Shown: in pieces, positions 48,451 through 64,000 of the stretch | How positions within the stretch are numbered: the first letter of the stretch is position 1 | Layout of the letters: each line of letters begins with the position of its first letter | Origin: the human T2T-CHM13v2.0 reference genome, Homo sapiens | Reading direction: 5' to 3' (one strand) | NCBI RefSeq assembly: GCF_009914755.1 | Contig: NC_060938.1 | Length of the DNA stretch: 64,000 nucleotides | Program-made: the position numbers and the translations under genes | The notes under the pieces: generated by a model | Database searches by the model: none | The model's input: the letters and a program-made list of their open reading frames with translations, nothing else | What the model was told of the DNA's origin: nothing

Positions 48451-49739
48451 GTGGTACTTACTATTCCATGGGGATTTCCCTAAATGTTGCTTATTACAGT
48501 GTGTAAGTCCTTCTGGTAAGCTTTCCTTTTGGGAAGTCATCTGTTTCTTGTTGGGACCCTGATGGATATCCAGGCTTAGATGCCAACAGGAGGTTTTAGT
48601 GACAAAGGCAAGAAAATCTGTCACTGGAAGTGTCTCCCTGCTACCGGTGTCCCTCCCTATCATGTGAACCCACCTGGGTACCCTAGTGCTACTCCAGGGT
48701 ATTTCCTTTTCTTAGAAGGTGAGTGACTTTGGACTGATCATTCCCTGTGAGCTTCAGTTTTCCTCTTCGTAAAGCATAGGTAACAAAAGCTGCCTTTTTG
48801 GGGTATTTTGAGGCAACATGTTGGATGCAGATATGAATGGACTGCGATAACCCAGTAAGGAAACAAGGTTGCTCTTCTATAGCAGTATTTGTAAACAATT
48901 TCATTGATACATACGCACAAAGCATTGAAATCTTTGAAGGCAAGAAAATGGTGATGTTTACTAGGGAAGGCAGCTCTGAGTCTAGCATAGGGGAGACTGT
49001 GCGATTTGCCCAGCAACTTTCTATGCCCTCCTCCCAAGTCCAGGAAACCTTGAAAACCACAGTGCAGCAGAGACAGAGACCCGTGTACCAACCTATTCTC
49101 AGTCAGGTTTTCATTAGCTCTTCATAAACAACCAGTCAATCAATTTCAACTTTTACTTCACACTCTCCTGCTGTAGAGGCCCCATACATACAACCGGTGA
49201 ATGGAGCATCTCTTTCCCTTCTTCCTTTTCGTTTGGGAATGAAGTCAAATCTGGAGGCCAGAGCAGCTCAGACACCTAAATAGGTACACAGTATGCAGTA
49301 AGATGAGATTCTGTTTCTGGCTCCTCATTCCTATTTCCAATAAATGAAGCTTCTCAACCATGTTATTTTCACCTGCCCAAGCTAAAACACAATCTTCACT
49401 GTCCCCATAGCTCCAAAGAGGGAAATCCTGACATAACATGGGGATGCTGCTAGAGTCTTTGCCCTCTCTGCAAGCTAGACTCGCTACTGGCCCTTCCCAG
49501 AGTGGGCCAAGAGACCAGGCTTATTCCTCAGTTGGACATCTGACCTTTCACAAAATAGAGTTCTCCCCTGGGAGGATGATGCCTCCAGGGCAATAGGAAC
49601 ACTTTTTTGTTAGCTTATTACTATCTCTATCCAATTCTACACCACAAGGCATTCTTGTGGGTGTGAAAAGCTATTGAGGAATGAAATGGCCCTGTGGGCT
49701 AGACAGGTGAAAAGAGAATAAAATCTCAGCATGTGAAGG

Positions 49740-51900
49740 TCTAGGAAGAGTGTCACTTAAACTTTTAAAAAAAAGCCAGACAAACTGCAAGTTTACTACT
49801 TTTTTTGGAGAGCTGAGGTCACAGGGCAGCCAATTAGCCTAAAAATCTAAGGACTGGAGGAGGCCTATGAAGAAGCATGGGACACAAGCCCTTGCTTACC
49901 TGGAGCAGATGTAGCCAACAGAAGAACTCAGCAGGAGTAGGTAAAGAATTGGTGGCGAATGAGTGAGGACTGGTGAGAGTATGGAGACCCTGGGGAATGC
50001 ATATGTAGAGGGAGTTTGCACCTTCTTGGAGACTTTTCTCCATGGACTCCACCAGGCACTGTATCCCACCAGAAAAGACTGGCCAAAGTCCTGAGAAAGA
50101 ATCCCTCACAGTGCAGGTATGGGGGAAAGGGAAAATAGCCACTGCAAAGGGGCATGAACCCCACCCTTTCTCCTTTCTAGAAAAAAAGCCTTAATCTACA
50201 GGAGAAAGGGAAAAATACTGTTTCCTTTAGTCTACTGGCAAAACTTAGGGAAGAACGAAACAAAATACCTCTCTGTCCCAAGGAAGGGGCAGGAATACAG
50301 AAACAAGAACTAAGAATGTATTGCCAATAAATGTACTTGAGAAGAAATGTTAAAGAAGTTCTTCAGGTAGGAGAAATGTGAAACAAGATAGAAATGCGTA
50401 ACTAAAGACACAAAAATATGAAGAGCGCTGGAAATTGATTAAATGAAGGTAAACTAAGATACATGTAAAATGTTTAAATGATCCTAAAAGATAAATGACT
50501 GTCAAGAGTAAACATAGTAGCAATGTATTATGTGTGTATAGGATAGGTAAAAGTAAAATGTATCGTAACAATGATACAAAGGTTGGGAGGGAGGAATTGA
50601 GGAGAAATTATTTTAAGATCCTTACATTATGAATGAAGCAGTATATTATTTGAAGGTAAACTCTGATCAATTAAAGATGTATTGTGTAAATGCTAGGACA
50701 ACAACTAAAAAATTTCTCAACTATAAATCAAATAATGGAGATAAAATGCAATCATAAAAAAGTGTTCATAAGAGTAGAAGTCAATGAAATTGAAAAACAG
50801 AAAAACAATAAAGTCAATAAAACCAAAACCTATTTCTTATAAAATATCAATAAAATTGATAAGCCTTTAGCCAGACTGACAAAAAATAGAGGAGATACAA
50901 ATTACCAATATCAGGAATGAAAGAGGGAAACTACTACAGATCCCATAGACAATAACAAGATAATAAGGGAATGCTATAAACAACTCTATGACCATACATT
51001 GGACAACACAGATGAATGAATTAATTTCTTAAAAGATACAAATGATCAAAACTCACCCCAGAAGAAATATACAATTTTAATAGTGATATATATTAAAGAA
51101 ATTGAATTGTACTTATAAGCCTCTGAAATATTCAACAGTTAACAAACAAGAATAGGTCTGGATATTTCAATGGAAAATTCTACCAGACATTTAAAGAGGA
51201 ACTATCACTAATTATATACGATATATTCTAGAAAATAAAAGAGGGGGTAACATCTCAATTCATTTTATGAAGCCAGCATTACCCTGATATCAAGGCAGAT
51301 AAAGACAGTTTCGAAACCTATAGACCAGTATCTCTCATGAGCATTGATGCAGAAATACTCAACAAAATATTAGAAATTATGAAAAGAAGAATACAACATG
51401 AACAAATGGGTTATGCTGGGAAAGCAAGTTTGATTTTTTAAATTAATTTTTAAATAATAAAATAATTATTCCATTATATTAACAGCGTAAAGAAGAAAAG
51501 CTGCATGATTATATTAATTTATGCAGAAAAGGCATTTGACAAAAGTCAGCATTCATTCATGATAGTTATTCTCAGCAAAATAGGAATTGGAAATTTCCTC
51601 AAGCTGATAAAGGGCATCTAAAAAAATGAAAACAAAAAACAACCCTACAGCTAATATTATACCTAATGCTGAAAGACTGAATGTTTTCTCCTAATATTAG
51701 GAGATAAGAATATCCTCTCATACCACTCCTGTTCAACATTTTACTGAAAGGCCTAGCCAGTGCAATAAGGCAATAAAAAGAAATATAGAACATACAGATT
51801 GGAAATGAAAAAAATGTAATAGTCCCTACTCACTGACAATAGGATTGTTTATGTAAAAAAAAAAAAAAATCCCAAACCATCACCAAAAAACCCGACCTAA
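49740..51900 (+). mobile_element. Ancient L1M fragments (5' region plus degraded ORF1/ORF2)
   Basis: A-rich ORF2-like text (aaaatatcaataaaattgataagcctttagccagactgac; tatagaccagtatctctcatgagcattgatgca). Confidence 0.7.
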
Positions 51901-53154
51901 TTAATATGTGAATTCTTAATCATGACATGTTATGAATGTCCAGTTTTCCATGTGTGTGTGTTTGTGTGTGTGTTTGTGTTTGTGTGTGTATTTATGGAGT
52001 TATCATTCTTGCTTTCTGACTATCCAGCATTCAAACATTATCAGTATTGGAGGAGAATCTCAAAATATATGTCTTTACCAGCAAGCTAAAGGGACCAGAT
52101 AGATATTTCTTCTCTCTATTTCATGGGAGGTATAACTATATGACTGAGTCTTGACCGATCAGGTGCTCCCATGCTGGGCTCAAATTTCAAGGAAGTAATG
52201 AAATTATACAGGTGGCTGTTGGAGATTTCTCATGAGGACAGCTGAATCAGGAGTCCCTCAATGCAGAGGTTTGTGTCCGGGGATGGTGGGATTTTGTTTA
52301 TAACACTACCAGGCTGGACCATGATATGAGCTGGCTGTGTTCTTGGTTGCCTCACCACCCTTTGTTCCTGCCCTGTTGCCGACCCTAGTTCACCAGCCTT
52401 ATTGTTGAGTCTATAAGCTACCTTCTAATAAGGCTATTTTCTACCTGATATCCAGAGTTTATTCCTTCTGTTGTTATCAACAATGTGTGTGTGTGTGTGC
52501 ATGCGCGCATGTGTGTGTGTGTGTATGTATTAAAAAATGGGAATGGCATTATACTGCTTATATTGTCCTGTTACTTTATTACTTAAACATATATACTGTC
52601 AACATTTTTCCATGTCCATGATGTTGCTCTATTTAATCATTTTAATTATTGCCTGGCATTAACTTATAGGGATTTATTGTAATCTGTTTAACCAATCTCC
52701 CATGACTGGACATTTAGGTTGCTTCTAACATTTATTTATAATAAACAACACTGCTATGCATATCTATACATATAAATCTTTTGGATTTTAACTAATTATT
52801 TCCTTAAAGTTCTAGATGTAGAATTGCTATATCAAAGGGTAGGTACGTTTTTCAGGTTTTTGATTCATACTGCCAAATTTCTTAACCTCTCCCTCAAAAA
52901 ACTTGTGACAATTTATACTACCATCAGTCATATGCCTTTATGACAATGTTGATTTCCAGGCATACTACCAACTTAGATTATTATCTTTGTGAAATTTTTG
53001 AGTTATTACTTATGTTCAGTGACTTTGTAAATATTTGTTAGCTGTTTGTAATTATTGCTTTGTGAGTGACTGCTATTGTCTTTTGTTCATAATTCTTTTG
53101 AGGGAAAGGAACATACTTTTTATTTAATTTATAAGAGCTCATAATTTTATTTAT

Positions 53155-53408
<254 letters not shown>

Positions 53409-56400
53409 TAACATCTGTGGATCTCTACATCATATATATTAAGGTATAATGGCCATGTATATTGCTATTTTCCCCCAATTTTTATTTGTGTTTTTGCTTT
53501 GTTTATTCTATTCTGAATTTTTTCCCCATTTGTATATAGTCTATTAAACAATGCTTTATAGTTTCTGTCTTTGGTTGATACTTCAAAATAACTTTCCCGT
53601 CCCAAAATGGTAACAGTATTTACATTTTTTACTGGTACTCTTATGTGTTTTTTTTTAATAAAATAATCATATAGAACTAATTTTGTTTTAAGGTACGAGG
53701 TACTAGCTAACATTTTCTTCAGAGTTACTAAATTCTTAAGTATGTTTGAATTTGTGAACTCTGTATTTCTGAACTTTTCTTAATGTCTCCTTAATCTATG
53801 CTAGGGCTAAATTACTCAATTAATTAAACAATTTCAAGATTTCAGAAGTTTTAATATTTAATGAGAAGTCTTCAGCCTTGGGGTAGAATGTTGTTGCTTG
53901 TTACTTAGTGCTGGGGAGTCAGGGGTGCGCTTGATCCTAGTACACTCTCAGGCTTTGGCAGGCCCTGTATGCCTGGATCTTAGGAGTAAGGCTTTCTCAG
54001 AAATCCTGCCCCTCCTCCTCCTCCTCCTGTGGCAGCTGAACCCTGCCTTGTGTCATGTGCAGGAGAGAATGTCTGGATCTGGGGCTCAGGACTGTTTCTT
54101 GCCCGTTCCCCAGGGATCAAGGGTGTTTTGGCTTTCCCCTTCCCCAAGCTGCAGTAGGTCTTCACCTGTGCCCTGACTGCAACAGGCTGTACTGTCCCTC
54201 CCCAGTGGCTTAGGTGGGAGGAGGGTGTGGCTGTAGCCTTATGCCTTTCCTTCAGCAATGTTGCCCCTCTTTCCTGGGCCTGCACTGTGCAGGGAGGCTT
54301 CTTTGCTCTCCCACCCTGCCTTCAGTCCTTTCTCAATCAGTAGGTGGAAGGGAGTGGAGAAGAGCCTGCAAGTGGGCACCAATTCCTCTTGTGTCTGCAG
54401 CCCCCAGGGGTGCTACACTCATGCTAGTCTGCTTCTGGCCTTTAGTAATTTGTTAAAAGCTTTAGATGAATTCTTTTTATGTTTTTGTATGGCACCCAGT
54501 GTTTCTTCCCATACTCAGCCACATCTCTTCTTGGGGACGCAGCCTTTCCTTAGATTTCAGGCTTTTGGGTTCCGTGTGATCTCAGCTTTCTGGTGGACTC
54601 AAGAAAAGGTATGGGTTTTTGGTCATCTGACTTTATTGTTGTTGTTAGGGTGGGAGAGACACTATTTTAAGCTTTCTTTATAGTAAGCAGGAGGGGAACT
54701 CCTGTGTTTTCATAGCTAATCAAGCATGGACCCTGCCCTTATTCTCTTTTTAAAAATTTTCTTGGCTATTCTCACATATCTGTTCTCTTAAATATACTTT
54801 AGAATCATTTGCTCAAGTACCTCAAACCCAAACACCTCCAAAAGAATTCCTTTTGGATTGACATGGTATCAAAATATGTAAACTGACTTCAGTCCCAGAT
54901 GTTGTCGAAACTTCATTCCCAAGATCTGAATAGAGCAGTCAGAGCGGATTGTGATTGAAAGACCACCTCCAAGGCCAGCCTGCCTCTAAATCCCACCTGT
55001 TTTGTTTTGGTGTCTTGAAATTCCAGCATTAGAGTGCAGAAAAATAGTTCTAGGACCTTAGAGGATGAAAATGTATGCAGTTTGTGTTGGAAGGACCAGC
55101 ATAATAACTAATGTGCAACCATCACTGCACTTACAAATTAAGGTCACAGATCTAGACAAAGTATTGTGTGAATTAAGTGAGTCAGTGAGTGAGTGAGTAT
55201 GGAGAGGGACTCTGTTAAGAACAGGGGAGCTAGAGGGGAAATGACTGGATCTGGAACTGAGAGCACCCGAGTAGCTGAGAATGCGGACTCTAAATCTTCT
55301 GGGGACAAGAGGAGAGGAGCAAAAGCCCCACAGCCACCTCTGTGGTTGTCACACTTCAATCTGGCAGCTAGAGAAAAGCCCGAACCAGGCCAGATAAGGC
55401 TCCCCTCAAGGACTATGTAGATTGTGTGCTACAGGCAAAAAAGGGGAAAACCCTCCAAGAGGATCCAGCAGTGATCACAGCTATTGATTTGTACTCCCAC
55501 GGCCCTTGCGGCCATGCATCTCTTAAAATCAAATGAAACAACCATCAACAATTGTGGTAAGAATTTTCCAGTAGGAGAAATAGAGAAAGGAAAAAAAATT
55601 CTGAGAAAACAAAACAAAACCCTTCTTGATGTTTTCCACAGACTGCTTTAGAAAGAGAAAGACTGATGCAATCCAATCAAGGACAGTGATCCTCGGTTGA
55701 CCCAGGATATTTCACAGACCCAGAATGCAGAAGGCACAGACGCCCACAAGCAGGCCTCAGTTTTGACTTCTTAAATGCAACCATTTTTTGTAAATTAATA
55801 TTGAATTTTCAACCAACTCCAGCACCTCATTAAGGAGGGGCCTGTTCTTTGCCAAACTCTTCCAAGGGAACCTGCTGGGTTTGAGTGTAGGTGTCAGCAA
55901 ACATTTCCCAGTATGTTCTAATGGGGAAATATTTATTTTGTAACACTCCTTCCTAACCGAAAATACAATTATGTGACATGTTTTATATGACCAAGGGGAT
56001 TTGGGCTAAGATTTTGTATCCATAATGTGCCCTAATATTGAGAAATATCATTTTTAAAGTATTCTCTTTGGCATTGACAGGGGGCTACATTCTGGAAAAA
56101 TAGCACTTCATGGGAATTTCCCTTTAGCCCTGAGAAAAAATAGTTTGGGAACACATAACAGTATATTTGGTTTGGGATGTTAAATCCTGCAGGGTCTCTG
56201 AAAGAGGCAAATGGGTGTGAGAAAGAATTAGTTACTGCAAGTTTATTTCATAATGGCCTATAAAAAATATACGCGTTCCATTTCTAAAGCTGCTATGCCC
56301 TTACTATAGCTATAGCTATTTTTTAAAACAAGAAAGACTTTCCACAAGTCATTTTCTACTTTGGGTGGGATAACATTTAGAGCAAGGTATAAAGGACCTT

Positions 56401-56949
56401 TGCCAGAGTAATTACCATTTAAGGCAAAGGTCTCCAAGATTTTACTTGGAGCTGAAGATCTTGGCGCAGCCCTGGCTCTGTGGAACACCACACACATCCA
56501 GTGACCATGGGAAAGCTGGCTCCCTGCTGGGTAGTGCTGCAGCATTAGTACAAGTCTCATGCTCTGAAGGGTGAAATGTGATGATCTGCTAAGTGAAGGC
56601 TCTGTCAGGAGAAGCCAGAGGAGTGGTAACAGCTCACCAAACCAAAATCCATGAAGTCCCAGCCCTTTTTCATCGTCACCATTTTTGCATATAGAACATG
56701 TCCCTATGGGGACATCCAGGGAGTGGGTGCCAGGACTCAGTGTGCCCAGCCCAAGGCCAAAGAGAGTTTATTAGCAGAAGGATCACTTACATGATTTGGA
56801 ACCACAGGAGAGAGAGATGTGTGGTGGCTGAAAGCAGAACTTGGGCTAATGTTTATAAGAGAGACCAGCCAAGAAGCCTATGCATTAATTAGTGTTCTGC
56901 TGGTTGTTCTGTTAGGAGGCATCATTCATCACTTAAAATAAGACCTTTT

Positions 56950-63392
<6,443 letters not shown>

Positions 63393-64000
63393 TAAGACCA
63401 TTTATTGGAAGCCAATTGTTTTTATAAAATAATGACCCTATGAAACTGGTCAGAGGGAAATAATTTATACATACTAATGAAAATCAAACTCCTCATACTA
63501 ATGTAAATCAAACTATACAGACACAATAGGAAATATAGAAATGTAAGTTTAAACAAATATTTATCTATTGACTCATAGTCCATCAACATAGTCTTTTGTT
63601 TCAGGCATGATTGGTAGAGGCATAGCTGTCTGCCACAATGTCAGCATCATCAGTTTAGGAAGCTATCACCCTCCCCCAACATCCTATTTTTCTCTTATAA
63701 TTTCTTATGATTCCTTCATCCACCCATTCCTAAACCAATCATCAACTCCCAGTTATCACTGTGTATGGAGTAGTACTTCTTTTTAACCTCCTACCCAATA
63801 TGTAAAAAGTAATATTTCATTTTACTTATCTAAATTTACCTGACATCCAAGGTAGAAAGGACAAGTAATTTCATTATTTTGGAATTTGAAACCAACTCTC
63901 CATGTTTATCTTCTTTGTGTCTTTCACAATTTTATAACTTTATAGCTTTTTTCCCTTTAACTTTTTTTATCTTTCCCGGAAAAAAAAAAAAAGACATTTT

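Noticed and set aside
47398-49127. ORFs 47419-47649 and 48837-49127 as novel genes
   Set aside because: No recognisable domain or supported exon structure; the lengths are compatible with chance.

Overview
This is human genomic DNA; a human-specific pre-Ta L1 is present. The + strand carries the last ten coding exons of SLC38A6 (SNAT6 amino-acid transporter), 1628-16987. All splice junctions are GT-AG and in phase, and a very short 3' UTR follows. The rest of the window is mostly transposons. Main points: (1) An in-frame alternative SLC38A6 C-terminus can be built entirely from transposon DNA. An exonised antisense AluJ (43354-43471) plus an MLT1B LTR terminal exon (48230-48387), whose stop sits inside the LTR poly(A) signal, would replace the last transmembrane helix. 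(2) A full-length pre-Ta L1HS lies antisense to the gene. ORF1 and ORF0 are intact and ORF2 is broken by one nonsense base (S579*). It has a 14-bp TSD and a probable 11-nt 3' transduction, and it is nested in an older L1PA that is nested in an L1MC. (3) Two ~98% identical inverted Alus 2.2 kb apart share private mutations. One lacks a TSD and looks like a local DNA-level copy; it lies beside a perfect 131-bp tandem duplication, in the intron between the two TE-derived exons. (4) A full-length L1PA5-like element and an AluS are enclosed by one shared TSD. Repeat subfamily names come from recalled consensus features and need RepeatMasker/Dfam confirmation.
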